A stretch of 63,712 bases of DNA, filler included, from Octopus bimaculoides (lineage: Eukaryota): assembly GCF_001194135.2 (NCBI RefSeq). It is 3 parts of 3 records of this genome, joined end to end, with 100 filler letters (N's around TTAATTAATTAA, not from the genome) between each part and the next. Parts side by side here need not be neighbours in the genome. Positions count along the whole stretch, not along the records: positions 37,719 to 63,712 come from NC_068989.1; 2 more parts are not named here. One strand, written 5' to 3'. The notes under the pieces are model-generated. The model was not told the origin of the DNA and made no database searches. It worked only from the letters and a program-made list of their open reading frames with translations. Of the stretch, positions 38,316 to 52,456 are shown one piece after another. Position 1 is the first letter of the stretch. Every line of letters starts with the position of its first letter. A program made the position numbers and the translations under genes.

Positions 38316-39208
38316 CGATTTATAAATGTTCTATATTATACACAGCCTTGGTTTTTTAATCTCATTACGAAACGTATATCCTCTATTCACACGCTGATAT
38401 ATGACCTACGTTGGACCCCTTATTCGCATAACCACCGAGCCTGGAGCTTAACTGTGGTCTATCCATAGCACTTACTCAGCATTACCTGAAACCTTTGGGT
38501 CTAATTGACACCACTATCGCTCATAACCTGTATATATATAAATATATATATACGCATATATGAATTTATGTTCTAAGAAATTTCCAATAATTTCGATATC
38601 TGAAGTTTCTTGAAATTTTTTAAAACTGCAATTTCTCGCAAATTGAAATATTCATTGCATTCACTGCGGAGTATTCCATTCTCATTTGAGTTCTCACTTT
38701 CTCTGTTAAATTTTCAATCGGTATTTGGAAAACCAACAGTTTTTTCTATTAATGAATACGTAATGTATTATTTATTCTTCTATTAATGTATACGTAATTT
38801 ATTAGTTATAGAATGAACATTTTTAAAATACCCGTATAATTTTTGAACGCTCGATAGCTGTGAGAAGAACCAAGAATGTTGGCTAATTATTATTAGAAGA
38901 CGAGGAGAAAAAAATTACGGACAAGTTCTCGAAATATGCACCTTATTCACAGTTTCCAAACACTGTACCTCTAAGCCAATATATACTCAAACAATTTGCA
39001 CGAGCGACTTCAACAGTGACAGACTCGCGCGCACACATAGATACGTATACACACACATCAAAGGTAGTGTGTGTGTGTGTCTTTGCTGTTCGCTGACAAA
39101 ACTTCGTGCTGCATTACTTTTTGCGAAGTTTCCTCAGTGAACAGGTCGCGGTTTCAAAGCGAAGAAAATATTTTGACACAAATGAAATTTTAATGTTGAA
39201 GTGAAACT

Positions 39209-39454
39209 GGTGCTACTTAAATACAGAAGTCCCTTAACGGTACCACTTAAATACAGAGGTCCCTTAACGGTACCACTTAAATACAGAGGTGCTACTTAAA
39301 TACAGGTGTTACGTACAAAACATTTTAAATGTACGCTGTGTGGATGTGTAATGACACCTTAACCCTAACTAGCCCTAATCTTAACCCTAAAAACGAACCC
39401 TCCCCTTCATATCGTTACGTAGAAGCATAGGGACCTCTATATTTAAGTAGTGCC
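39209..39454. mobile_element. Merlin/IS1016-type MITE
   Basis: Perfect 8-bp TSD GTGAAACT (39201-39208, 39455-39462), GG..CC termini, 26-bp TIR (22/26 match). Confidence 0.85.
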
Positions 39455-41082
39455 GTGAAACTAATGGTTTCTGTGTGTTCTTGAATGGCTTAAAAACATC
39501 TACGCTTCAATTGTTTTTGTTTCAGCACACGATCTCAGATCAAGTCAATTGCTATGCAAGTACATCTCCGTAATTTTTTTTTAATCACTGTGGACAAATG
39601 CCAGTAATGATCTTCTCAGACTCTCCAATATTTTAATTTCTTAACAGAAACAATCGGGGGCAGAGACTGGGGTCGCAAAAATTTCATGATTTTTCACATT
39701 TTTACTTTTTAAAAGCATATAAATGTATTTATGGGGGGAAATATTGAAAAACATCAATACATGCGAGAGTGATAAAGAAATGAAGAGGGTTGTCTTTGGA
39801 TATGTTAGAAATAACAGCCAAATCGCCCTCTGAAAATATTAGCAATTAAAAAAAAATTACTGAAAATGCTCTTCCCATGGTTTTGAAGTGCAAAAATAAA
39901 AAACATTGGCTAAAATAGGTCCAAAGTGAGATGATGAGGGAAGGGGGTGAAACAAAACTTTTTTCATGCAAAGATGCCCCCCACCATCATTTAGAAGGCT
40001 GTGGTTTAAAAAAAAATGAGGAAATCCCTGAAAAACTTTTTCCCCGCAAATTTCTTTATAATCGTAATCTATGCCGCTTGGAAGGGAATTGTATAAACTT
40101 TCATTAAAAGATACCAAAAACCCCTGTCTCCACCCCCTCGGAAACATTCTTTCTCATAAATCCCAATATACTCTGAAGTCACATCTAAGCGGTATTTGTA
40201 GAAAATTTTGTTAAAAAGTATCCATTTTTCTGGATGTCATGAGGCAACAAAGTCGGGGGTGTATACATTTGTAGTGATGTCCTTTTATTTATACGATTTT
40301 TTCATATCATGTGTATTTCATTCATTGTTTGCAGTGTTCTCTCTCCATCTCTCTCATACTCTGCAAAGCTTACAGAAGGGCTGTTCAATTGAAATCTCTG
40401 TGTTGCTTTGAGGGGAAGGTAAAACTTAAACTGTTTTTCCGTTTGTTGTTGGGCTACCGTGATGTTTGTTTTAAAAAGAGAGATTATGANNNNNNNNNNN
40501 NNNNNNNNNNNNNNNNNNNNNNNNNNNNNNNNNNNNNNNNNNNNNNNNNNNNNNNNNNNNNNNNNNNNNNNNNNNNNNNNNNNNNNNNNNNNNNNNNNNN
40601 NNNNNNNNNNNNNNNNNNNNNNNNNNNNNNNNNNNNNNNNNNNNNNNNNNNNNNNNNNNNNNNNNNNNNNNNNNNNNNNNNNNNNNNNNNNNNNNNNNNN
40701 NNNNNNNNNNNNNNNNNNNNNNNNNNNNNNNNNNNNNNNNNNNNNNNNNNNNNNNNNNNNNNNNNNNNNNNNNNNNNNNNNNNNNNNNNNNNNNNNNNNN
40801 NNNNNNNNNNNNNNNNNNNNNNNNNNNNNNNNNNNNNNNNNNNNNNNNNNNNNNNNNNNNNNNNNNNNNNNNNNNNNNNNNNNNNNNNNNNNNNNNNNNN
40901 NNNNNNNNNNNNNNNNNNNNNNNNNNNNNNNNNNNNNNNNNNNNNNNNNNNNNNNNNNNNNNNNNNNNNNNNNNNNNNNNNNNNNNNNNNNNNNNNNNNN
41001 NNNNNNNNNNNNNNNNNNNNNNNNNNNNNNNNNNNNNNNNNNNNNNNNNNNNNNNNNNNNNNNNNNNNNNNNNNATATATTC

Positions 41083-41119
<37 letters not shown>

Positions 41120-41294
41120 GTATATATATGTACGTGTATGCATATGTGTATATGTATATTAACATGCATATATAATATGTATGTATATACGTATATATAT
41201 GTATATATATATGAATATATATGTATATACATGCATATATATTAATATATATGTACATATACATATGTATACCCACATACATATGTATAAATGA

Positions 41295-41358
<64 letters not shown>

Positions 41359-41705
41359 ATGTATATATATACATGTATGTAAATGTGTGTGTGGAAATGT
41401 TTATTTATAAAGGAGATTTCTAAGCTTACACATTATTCACCATTTCCAAATTCTTAGATCTATTCTACACAAACATAACGAAAGGTTGTTTATGTTGATA
41501 CTGTAGTTGATGTTCTTCATGTTGATGCTTGTAAAGGAGGCGGTGCTGCCGTCAGTGGTGTTATTTTTAGTGGTGTTGATGTCGTTTATAAGGGTGGTTC
41601 TATTGTTGTTGCTCTTTGTACTGGTATGTGCTGTTGGTTGTGGTAGCCATTTTGTATATCACGCGCACATATATATTCACTGGCATTATCAAACCCACCC
41701 GTACA

Positions 41706-41766
<61 letters not shown>

Positions 41767-41820
41767 ATATATATATATATATATATACATATCTACATAT
41801 ACATATATATACATACATAT

Positions 41821-42300
41821 GTAGAGCCTTGAAGCTCTACTCAGTCCAGCGCCGCCGCGAGCGGTACGTCATTTATACGATGTGGTGAATATACCGCCAG
41901 CATTGCCCAAACGACCTGAACATTACTTTCAAGGTTCATCCAAGGCTGGGACTACGGGCCATACATCCCCTACCCAATTCAGGATTACAACATATCGATA
42001 CACTGCGGCATAATTTTTTTCCTCAACAGGTCCTGCCCTTTTTAACATTGTCCCAAAACAGATAAAATAGGAAAAGGATCCTATCACCTTTAAACGTAGT
42101 CTGGACAGATTTCTTCAAGGAATACCAGATAAGCCACCTGTACCTGGATACAACTCACTCAACAAGAACTCACTACTTGAATAGACCATAAACAAAACTT
42201 GGCTTAAAAAGGATTTAGATAATCCTATCAGGTGGTGCTATTAAGTTAGACATGGCCTGGACCAATCTTGGGTCGAAAAATATCTAAGTTTATCGAAGTT
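41821..42300 (+). mobile_element. CR1-type LINE 3' end
   Basis: [41 protein letters not shown]....NSL; short tandem TCTAAGT-like tail. Confidence 0.85.
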
Positions 42301-42379
42301 TATATGTATACATATATATTTATAACGTACTCTCCTGTCGAAGATGACCTATGAGAGATCAGCTTTTAGCCTGACGATC

Positions 42380-42614
42380 TGCAGAAATGATTTGTTGGTA
42401 GTGATAAATTGCTAGTGTCACACATTAGCTCACTGCTTCCATCAAATCAACGTTGTCTGAACCAGTGCAGTGTGTACCACGTTTCAAGCGTCGAAGTAAT
42501 CACAGAGCAACGCGAGATGAAGCTCAAGAACGCAACACTTCACCCAGTCTAGGAACTGAAACCATGATCTTACGATCGTGAGTGCAACACCCTAACCACT
42601 AAGCCATACGCCCT
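42380..42614 (-). mobile_element. tRNA-derived SINE (family A)
   Basis: Minus-strand GGCTTAGTGGTTAGGGTGTTGCACTCACGATCG head matches 108-415. Confidence 0.8.
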
Positions 42615-42719
42615 TGTACATATATATTAAGGAACTTTCTATCAATATATTTGTTTAAACTCAATTGATATCTGGATTGTTTTTAAGAATCCCTTGCGGG
42701 GATATTGCCTCCTCAAATT

Positions 42720-42770
<51 letters not shown>

Positions 42771-42863
42771 NNNNNNNNNNNNNNNNNNNNNNNNNNNNNN
42801 NNNNNNNNNNNNNNNNNNNNNNNNNNNNNNNNNNNNNNNNNNNNNNNNNNNNNNNNNNNNNNN

Positions 42864-43290
42864 TCCTAGTTTTAAGGGTGTCTCGAAAGGCCTTGATTGG
42901 AGACCCAACCTTCCGAGTTCTTTTACAGAGCTTAGAAAAATTGAAGGACTGCTGCAATAAACGTGTGAATCTAAGAGGGAGATAATTAACTGATCCTCCT
43001 GTATTTTCTTTTATCCAAAGCCAGGAACTTGTCTGCACACCCTCGTGTGTGTGTGTGTGTGTGTGTGGTACACACAAGGGTGTGCTGAAAAGTTCTTGGT
43101 TTTAAGGATATCGCAAAAGGCCCGGTCGGAGGCCCAATTTTCCGAGTTCTTTATAGGACTTAGAAAAACAGAAGGACAGCTGCAATAAGTGTGTGTATTT
43201 GGGAGGGGAATATGTTGAATAAAATCATAAGTGATCCGCGTGTATTTTTTTTTACTCAAGGCCAAGAACTTTTCAGCACCCCTTCGTTAA
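42864..43290. repeat. Diverged tandem duplication, ~230-bp period, two copies split by (GT)n
   Basis: TC.T.GTTTTAAGG at 42864 and 43094; TTCCGAGTTCTTT, CTTAGAAAAA..GAAGGAC.GCTGCAATAA in both. Confidence 0.8.
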
Positions 43291-43662
43291 TTTGGTTTAT
43301 TTTTACCCAGCAAATTCCCATTGTAGTATCACAACATGTAGTGACACTGGTAACTGTACTATGAATTTAATTGTGTTCAAGCCGGTCAAGAATCGGATTA
43401 TCTTGAGAACATAGAAGTGGCCGCGCAAAAGTAAACGTTAGCTTAAGAGGATCATTCACACGCGGCTGTAGTCGAATGATAACAATGAATGTAAGTATAT
43501 AAACACACACACACACACATATATATATGCATAAATATGTACGTATGTATGTAAGGATGTATGTATAGCTGCCATCTGTGCTACATCTCTCATAATTATG
43601 TATTGAAGTCAAGACAGTTTCCATTTTAGGATTCAAACCGCAAATACTATAACTAACGAACA

Positions 43663-43714
<52 letters not shown>

Positions 43715-46366
43715 TGTTTGCTCAATAAATTTACGTGATTAAGGCAGATAGCAAATATACAAATATAGACACAGATAAATATACATAAACGAGAGAGAGA
43801 ATGTGTGCGTGTGTGTGTATCAATTAATTGTGTTAACGAACCGCTAATTAACTCAGCAAATAACGAGCTAGTTAAAGTGGAGAAACGTTAATTATGACAT
43901 GAAACCTAACAACGTCACTACTCGACATTTGATGTCAATCAATACCACAGTGGGTTTTAACAGGGTGTACAGCTCATTGAGCTGGCTGATGTTAGATCAC
44001 ATTACATACTTCTTTCTTCGCAGACAACAACGTCCCTGATTTAAAGAGACTAAAGGTTAAAGAATGACAATGAAGTGGCAATCAATCCTAACGAATTTCC
44101 TGGATAGACTTTGAATGACCGCAGAGAGCTAAGCAAATTCTAACGATATCATTACGTTTTAAAATGACCCCCCGGATGTTAAGTAACAGAGACATTGTCG
44201 CCATGGAGTATCTATTAACAGTTAGTTGCTGTTTAGCCCCACGTCAATCTTGGTTAACCCGACTTAGGACGAAAGGCGTCCTTACTTCGTGAGGCATTGT
44301 CCTCAAAGACCACAATGTCAAGTTTTCCTCGTTTTATTCTTTGAGGCGGTAAAATTTAATTTACAGCCAAGATAAAAATTATAGGTAAGATTTAGTTTAT
44401 ATGTAAGATTTAATTTACAGAATATGTGGCCGCTTTGCCAAGTAAGTCAAGTTACAACATAGTGATTCCCTGTTTGGCTCCATTTAAGTTACTTGAAGGA
44501 AAAGATACGCTGTTTAAAGTTTGGAAATGACTATTGGCGGAGTCTTTCGAGTATTGGATAAAATACCTAGTGGTATTTGTTCCAATTCTCTGTGCTTCGA
44601 GTTCAAATTTCGTCAGAAGTTCATAGATATTGTTGAGAAACTGTGTGATGTACTAAGCCTACCACCCAAGAACTCGGAACTTAGGCAGTTGGAACAAATA
44701 CCATGAGACTTCTCGTCCCACGTTCTATTGATTTCATTAATCCAATATAATTGCCTGTGATTTAATTTATCGACCAAGAAGAACTAAAAATGTAAAATAA
44801 AATAAGACATTTGACTTCAGCGGGATTCAATCTCGAAGAGTTGTGTTCGAAACAAATCCTGCAAAACATCTCCGCTAGACCGAAGTGTGATCTTTGAAAA
44901 ACATTTCTTGCTATGTGTATCCAGTCGAACGATCATTTTAAACCTTGCTTGTCTCGAGAAAATGAAGGAGCTTTTATCATATTTTCTTCGTAGATACAAC
45001 AGACTGCACTGACAATATTGAGATACGGGCGTTAGAAATATTCATACTTATGGCATTACTTTATGTCCGTTTTGTATTGAAGACAAGAAAATGTTACGTA
45101 TTACGTTTTAAAAAAATGATGTATACATTACGTGTTGAGGGTATAACGTTTAAATAGATACAACATTTTTAAACAGTTTTCGACAGCCAAATGACTCTCG
45201 ATAAGTATCAAATATATCAATCAATCCTATCAATAAATCTTCACAACATTTTATTAAATCTTTTGACTAAAATCCAGCTAAGAAAGGTATACCGCACAAC
45301 ACTACGCTAGTAATGCTAGAAACATTTTGAGGCGTGTGCGCATATATATATATATATATATAGAAAGAGAGAGAGAGAGAAAGACTTATATGTTGTCACG
45401 CTACTTCCCTTCTTCAGTCGCAGTCGTTTGAAATATCGGCAACATGAAACTTAGGAATTACGATTCAAGAAACTTCCGTTTCTAATAGAAGTTTGTCTAA
45501 ATATTTCCATTGCAATTCAACAACCACCACCACCACCACCACCAACAACGACGATACAATCACTCCAGATCAATACCCACAGCAACAGCCAATACCACTA
45601 CGACTGATACTCTCTCTCTCTCTCTCTTTATTACACCACTCCCACCATCCTCTCACACACCGTCTATTCCCTACTCTCTCTCCCACGTTCCCCTCCCCCA
45701 TCTCTCTGTCTGCCATTAGTTTAAGGAGAATACTTCATACTGACTCTTGAGATAATATTTAACTCTTGTTACTCCTTGAAACTTAATTCTTTTGTCGTTT
45801 CACACGCCCACCCCTTCTACCCTGTAATTTTACCTCTCTCACTCACTCACTCTCACTCACTCACTCACTCACTAACTGATGCCTTTACTTTCCCTATATC
45901 AATATAGAGTGTCTGTGTGCGTGTGCGTGAAACGTGTGTGCGCGCGTTTAAATATTTTTATAATTTTATTGTACAGTTTCTCTGCAAACAAATACGTTTG
46001 CGTCAAACAGACCTGTGTGTGTGTGTGTGTGTGCACACGTGCGTGTATGTATATACGCACAAATATACATACGCAAACATGTGCAAAAACAAATGAGTAC
46101 ACACACATTCCTTTCTCTCTTTACCTATACACACACATAAACACACACATATATGTATATGCGCGCGCGTTTGTGTCAGTGTGTATATATATATTTACAA
46201 CATACATACATACATACATACATACATACATACATACATACATGCATGCATGCATACATATATATACAATACTTTTACGCGCAATATACTTTTAATTTTT
46301 CGTTGAGTAATTTCAGTCATTGCGTTGTGGCCAAACTGTGGCACCACCTTCAAATGATTTTTTTTT

Positions 46367-46652
46367 GCGCCCTTTTAAAGCCTAACCAGGATCATGGGCC
46401 CGGTTTCCCTGTTTCTATGGCGTATGTGCTCCCCCTCTAGCTGGACGGGACACCAGTCTATCGCAGCGTTACTCAAGAAACAGGAAGAAAGAGTGAGAGA
46501 AAGTTGTGGCGAAAGAGTACAACAGGGGTCACCACCACACCCTACCAGAGCCGCATGGAGCTTTAGGTGTTACAACGCCCGTTCTGGGAATCGAAACCAC
46601 GATCCTCCGACCGCGAGTCCGCTGCCCTAACCACTGGGCCATTGCACCTCCA
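46367..46652 (-). mobile_element. tRNA-derived SINE with Meta-domain-like 3' part
   Basis: Head GGAGGTGCAATGGCCCAGTGGTTAGGG..GGTTTCGATTCCC; CTGCGATAGACTGGTGTCCCGTCCAG..GAAAC..GGAAACCGGG resembles the Meta core as I recall it. Confidence 0.75.
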
Positions 46653-46689
46653 TTTTATCGTTATACGATATTTAAAATGAGTATTATTT

Positions 46690-47404
46690 GTCGAGGTATG
46701 TGACAAAGCGCGCGAAAGGCAATGTCCTAGCATGGCCATCGCTTTTCCAGTGCTTGGAAANNNNNNNNNNAAATGAGTATTATTTGTCGAGGTATGTGAC
46801 AAAGCGCGCGAAAGGCAATGTCCTAGCATGGCCATCGCTTTTCCAGTGCTTGGAAAGAAGTTGTGTAGCGTGTGATTGTCGCATTGACAGAGAAAGTTGT
46901 CATGGCGATACCTGCTCAGAGGCCAACGCAAAGTTGCAGAAAGTGTACAGAGAGGAGTGTATGAACTGTATAATAGAATACTAGCGGTTCAGACGTTTCT
47001 AAGATGGCCGAAAATATGTTAAACTTTACGAACGTTCTAGGAGACCCGCAACCAGCAGAACTGAGAAAAACATTGCAGGTGAGTATGCAGCTGTATGAGA
47101 CGCGTCTCTGCTAAGTTTGTGCCAAAATTGCATTCAGCCAACCAAAAAGACACTGGGGTTTCAGTTGCACAAAATCTCGTTGATTGTGTCGAGAACGATG
47201 AAAACTTTTTGAAAACTTTGCGTACGCCTCTGAGCAGGTATTGCCAAGCTTTTGGCAAAGTTTGATGCAGACTCTCTGCTTAACTTTGTCATAGTCAATG
47301 CGACGATCACACGCTACACACATTCCTTCCAAGCGGCTTCACTCTGCGTGTTTTAGTTTCGTTACTATGGTAACAGTCCGGATGCTTATTGATCAGACCA
47401 CGTA
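46690..47404. mobile_element. Mariner-derived fold-back element (two inverted 5' ends)
   Basis: Plus: DTCSEANAKLQKVY, RPATSRTEKNI, RVSAKFVPKL; minus: KQRVCIKLCQKLGNTCSEAYAK; TIR TA+CGTGGTCTGATCAATAAGCATCCGGACT at right end. Confidence 0.85.
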
Positions 47405-47659
47405 CTTATACGCAGACATTCATTCATATATACGTTATACACATGTGTTTAGACACACATTCCTGCACATACAAATACTCACATACCGACATATTTGCAT
47501 GCACATATATACACACATACATAACTACAGACAACTGCTTCTCTACCCGGGGTATAAATTCGCATTTATACCCATAGTAATCGGAGCAGTTAGTTTTGAA
47601 AATATATGTTTAAGTGACAATTTGCATAAATTAGGTTTTTTAGAAAAAGAAATCAAAAT

Positions 47660-48244
47660 GTAGGAGTAGCTGTGTGGTAAGTAGCTTTTTTACCTACCAC
47701 ACGGTTTCGGGGTCAGTCCCACTGCGTGGCACCTTGGGCTTGTGTCTTCTACTATAGCCTCGGGCCGACCAAAGCCTTGTGAGTGGATTTGGTAGACGGA
47801 AACTGAAAGAAGCCCGTCGTATATATGTATGTGTGTGTATGTTTGTGTGTCTGTGTTTGTTCCGCCAACATCACTTGACAACCGATGCTGGTGTGTTTAC
47901 GTCCCCGCAACTTAGCGGTTCGGCAAAAGAGACCGATAGAATAAGTACTGGGCTTACAAAGAATAAGCCCTGGGATCGNNNNNNNNNNAGACGGAAACTG
48001 AAAGAAGCCCGTCGTATATATGTATGTGTGTGTATGTTTGTGTGTCTGTGTTTGTTCCGCCAACATCACTTGACAACCGATGCTGGTGTGTTTACGTCCC
48101 CGCAACTTAGCGGTTCGGCAAAAGAGACCGATAGAATAAGTACTGGGCTTACAAAGAATAAGCCCTGGGATCGATTTGCTCGACTAAAGGCGGTGCTCCA
48201 GCATGGCCGCAGTCAAATGACTGAAACAAGTAAAAGAATAAAAG
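47660..48244 (+). mobile_element. CORE-like SINE (middle duplicated by assembly around a 10-N gap)
   Basis: Complete head to tail, CpGs intact. Confidence 0.9.
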
Positions 48245-48550
48245 CGTGCAAGCACGCAGAGTAAGCGGAACTGTAAAAATATGCAAGACGTTCTCAAGTT
48301 CAACTCCTGATATCGTTTTTCTTATCTACATTCCGAAGTTGGAATATTGAATTTTTGTTAGAAACCAACTCTTTCTTTACAAGAAAAAAAATCGAAAAAA
48401 TTAAAAACAAGAAAACATGCATACATGCATTTATGTGCATGTGCATCTAGTTGTAAGTATGTTCGTGGGTGCCTATGCATATGCATCTATGCACGCCCTA
48501 TATATGTGTGCGCATGTGTGTGTGTTCGTACGTGTATGACTGCGCTTATG

Positions 48551-48591
<41 letters not shown>

Positions 48592-49120
48592 TGTAACTAG
48601 ATATGCTGGTGTTTTATGCGCGTATGCAGATATTTCATATCTGAGTATTATTCATGTATTTCAAACCATCTCCATCTCCACTTATTTCGCTCTCACTCCC
48701 AAACGTAGCCAACCCACCGTACCACACATACCTTCTGTTTCTCACTGCGACGCAATGTTCCGCCGCCATCACACCCTCTAACAGTATAATGTAACTTGGC
48801 TCAGCAATTTCGCTGACTTCGATTATTTTTAAAATGAAGAAAAATGCTTAAGCCAAAATCTCTACTCTGTTACACCGTTAATTTAGTCTCTATAACCTTA
48901 TTACTTAATTATTATAAGGAGCAGTTCATAATACATTTGAAATACCCTTGCGAGTGTGTGTGTGTTAAAATCAGAATCCATGGCACCTAGTTGTTGCTTG
49001 CAGCAGTGAAGTTATAGTTTCAAGTACTTTGTTGTTCTAAAGTTTCAAGTTTTTTTCTAAATTATGCATAACCTTAGGAGAAGTGTTCCAGGCTTTCGAA
49101 AGTCGAGTCCGTCATTGGAT

Positions 49121-49226
<106 letters not shown>

Positions 49227-50296
49227 TGAGAAAGACAGGAGAGAGATAGGGCAAAGAGAAAGACAAGGTCGGAAGAAGCGTTTCTCCATCCATAAACAAG
49301 GTGAGTCTGAAANNNNNNNNNNNNNNNNNNNNNNNNNNNNNNNNNNNNNNNNNNNNNNNNNNNNNNNNNNNNNNNNNNNNNNNNNNNNNNNNNNNNNNNN
49401 NNNNNNNNNNNNNNNNNNNNNNNNNNNNNNNNNNNNNNNNNNNNNNNNNNNNNNNNNNNNNNNNNNNNNNNNNNNNNNNNNNNNNNAAATGTCTGAAACT
49501 ATTCTTTCAATGGCATCTCAATTGAAATACGCAAGCACACACGAACATACACACGGGTACGCACACGTGAATGTATTATTTCAGGTCATACTGGCGCACA
49601 GCTTTGAAGGACTGTAGCCGATCATATCTTAAAATTTGGTATTTATATATTAACGTTTCTATTTGTCCCGCCGTTAAATTAGGAGACAAACACAGCCATA
49701 GATCCTTTTTTTTTTTTAGTAACAGTGTGAAGGTAAACACACATACATAAACACAGATAATGATTGCCTCATCTTCTCGGATGATAACCGTCGCACATCG
49801 TGCTTGATTGTTTAATGAAATACAAAACAGACCCAGAAATGAAATGATACTGTGATATCTACACTAAGTTGGATTTAAGTGACAAAAGCTCGTTTATCAT
49901 TTTGCCTCTCTCTCGATCGCCATGGTATGTTCCAGTAACACGCATTGCAAAATCACTGGTACTATTTGGACGGCAACGTTTATGTCAGTGTATCTTTCTC
50001 TTAAAAGAGTTGTCTTCCCCTAGTCTCTGATAGAGTTTCCTCTATCCCTGAGAAATCTACTTACATACATGCAAACACACGCATGCAGTAGATGAAGTGT
50101 GCTTGGAAGCAGTTTCCATCGACGAATGCCATTCATATTGGTTGTCCCGAGGGCATAAATGGAAAATATCGCCAGGAGACCAAGTAGAAGAACCTAACTT
50201 GAGATCACGCCGTCGCGATTCAAACTTCATCTAATCATGCCTGCACTAGCACATACAGACATGCGCGCACATACACACACACACTCACTCCTCTAC

Positions 50297-50355
<59 letters not shown>

Positions 50356-50361
50356 TATATA

Positions 50362-50620
50362 TTTCCTTATTGCCCACAGAGGGGGGGGGGCTAAACATAG
50401 AGGGGACAAAAAAGGACAGACAAAAGGATTAAGTCGATTATATCGATCCCCAGTGCGTAACTGATACTTATTTAATCAACCACTAAAGGATGAAAGGCAA
50501 AGTCGACCTCGGCGGAATTTGAACTCAGAACGTAACGGCAGACGAAATATCGCAAAGCATTTCACCCGGAGTGAGTGCTAACGTCTCTGCCAGTTTGCTG
50601 CCTTAGCCAGCTCACCGCTT
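50362..50620 (-). mobile_element. Nin/Deu-like SINE with alternative 3' tail
   Basis: Same head and core, but tail is ..TTTGTCTGTCC..GTCCCCTCTATGTTTAGCCCC..GTGGGCAATAAGGAAA. Confidence 0.8.
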
Positions 50621-51354
50621 TCCACCGCCATATATATACGCCTAAACACGTTTGCGTGCGTGCATGGTTCTATGTAAATGAGCATTCGTTTAGGAACTCG
50701 TTAATTACAATGAACTAATTTCAAAACTAAGCATACCAAGGATTAACTTATTTACCCAGTCTTAGCAAATTCGAATTTACTCATTTACTGCTTTTAGTCA
50801 GTAAGTTCGTGACCAAGTTAGAGCAAGGTTAACATTCACTAGATTCACATCCAGATTATAAAAAGAAAGTAGCTTACAAAGTTTAAAGGGAAATATGAAA
50901 ATATAATGTAAATTAGAACCAGAGAGACAGTGAAGATAGCGTTCTGAGAGTTATTACGAGAAGGAAATGGCGAAAGATATCGCAATAGTGAGTGAAATCC
51001 GTGGTTAATGTTATTGCACAAATACCTCTAATGGAAATATTACTTGGATATAGAAGTATAAGCATAAATCTATGGCAACTTATGAAATACAAGAACAACG
51101 TTTGGAACAATTTTGGTCCAAAATCTCAGACAATAAAGTAATATTACGATAGATGAAGAAAATAATCCAAGCAAAATATAATGTTGCCAGGAATATGAAT
51201 AAAGAATGAATAAAGTAATTCTAAGAAAGTTAAACAAGAAATCCACAAGACTGGAAACATTTTTCGACTATAGAAGAAAAGATGAATGCTAAAAGAATGG
51301 AGAAGATATATGTGTGTGTGTATATATATAGGAAAGTAAGAAACAAAGAGTTTA

Positions 51355-51395
<41 letters not shown>

Positions 51396-51835
51396 CGTGT
51401 GATATGATATTATTGTAAACCAGTATGCTAGGTAAGAATATATTGTCCATAAAATTCTCGATAGTTTTATGTTATGATATAAAGCTGATAAAGAAGAAAG
51501 GAAACATGAAGACTTCTGGAGAAATATATAAGAAACCTAAATAAAGCAAACAAAATATAGAGACATTTGAAGATTTAAGACGGGGAAACAACAGGAAGAA
51601 GTTGGAGTCTAGCAATATTTTGAGGTAGCCAGAGGTTCAATATATTGTAACAGATTACATTAGTCAAATTAATTGATCCTAGCGTATAACTGGTATTAAT
51701 TGATCCTAATATATAACTGGTATTTATAGGCGATTCTTTACTTCCTGGTTATTCGCGGTCCAGAAGAGAGTGCTAAGATCTAAGAGACTAGTTGGCAAGT
51801 AGGTGAAAGGTATCCTTAAAGTTAAACCGGAGACC

Positions 51836-52016
51836 TGTATTTCAAAGGGGCTAGCCTTGTCACACTCTGTATCACGCTGAATCTCCCCCGAGAACTACGT
51901 TAAGGGTACACGTGTCTGTGGAGTGCTCAGCCACTTGCAAGTTAATTTCACGAGGAGGCTGTTCCGTTGATCGGATCAACTGGAACCCTTGTCGTCGTAA
52001 TCGACCGAGTGCCACA
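51836..52016 (+). mobile_element. SINE tail segment
   Basis: Matches 1900-2075 and reverse of 53935-54110. Confidence 0.8.
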
Positions 52017-52211
52017 ATATACATGTATATTGAAATACGAACAGTTAAAAACTAATACGTGTTTTGATCTGTTAAATGCTTCTTTCATCTCAACACGGTT
52101 TTCCCATATTTTACTTTATTTTCTTTAACATATATCTATATTTCAATGAAGCATAGTATTACGTATAGCAGGCATAGGACAACGAATCATGCAACGAAAA
52201 TTATAATAATA

Positions 52212-52425
52212 TTTCTTCCTACGATAGGCACAAGGCCTAAAATTTTAGAGGAGGGAGTGCTAGTCGACCCAAGTGCACAACTGGTATTTATTTAATCGAC
52301 ACCGAAAAGATAAAAGGCAAAGTCAACTACGGCAAAATTTGAACTCAGAACACAGCGACGAACGAAATGCCGCTAAGTAATTTGTCCGGCGTGCTAACGT
52401 TTCTGCCAGCTCACCGCCTTCTCAC

Positions 52426-52456
<31 letters not shown>

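Noticed and set aside
39209-39306. 30-bp direct repeats resembling a CRISPR array
   Set aside because: No spacers, eukaryotic context, explained as MITE TIR amplification
39357-39390. Telomeric repeat
   Set aside because: Few degenerate units inside a MITE, not a chromosome end
44817-45012. Overlapping ~60-codon open frames on both strands
   Set aside because: No recognisable motif, no donor site; length within chance expectation
46675-46857. Exact direct repeat around a 10-N gap
   Set aside because: Unmerged contig overlap
47795-48172. Exact ~180-bp direct repeat inside a SINE around a 10-N gap
   Set aside because: Unmerged contig overlap
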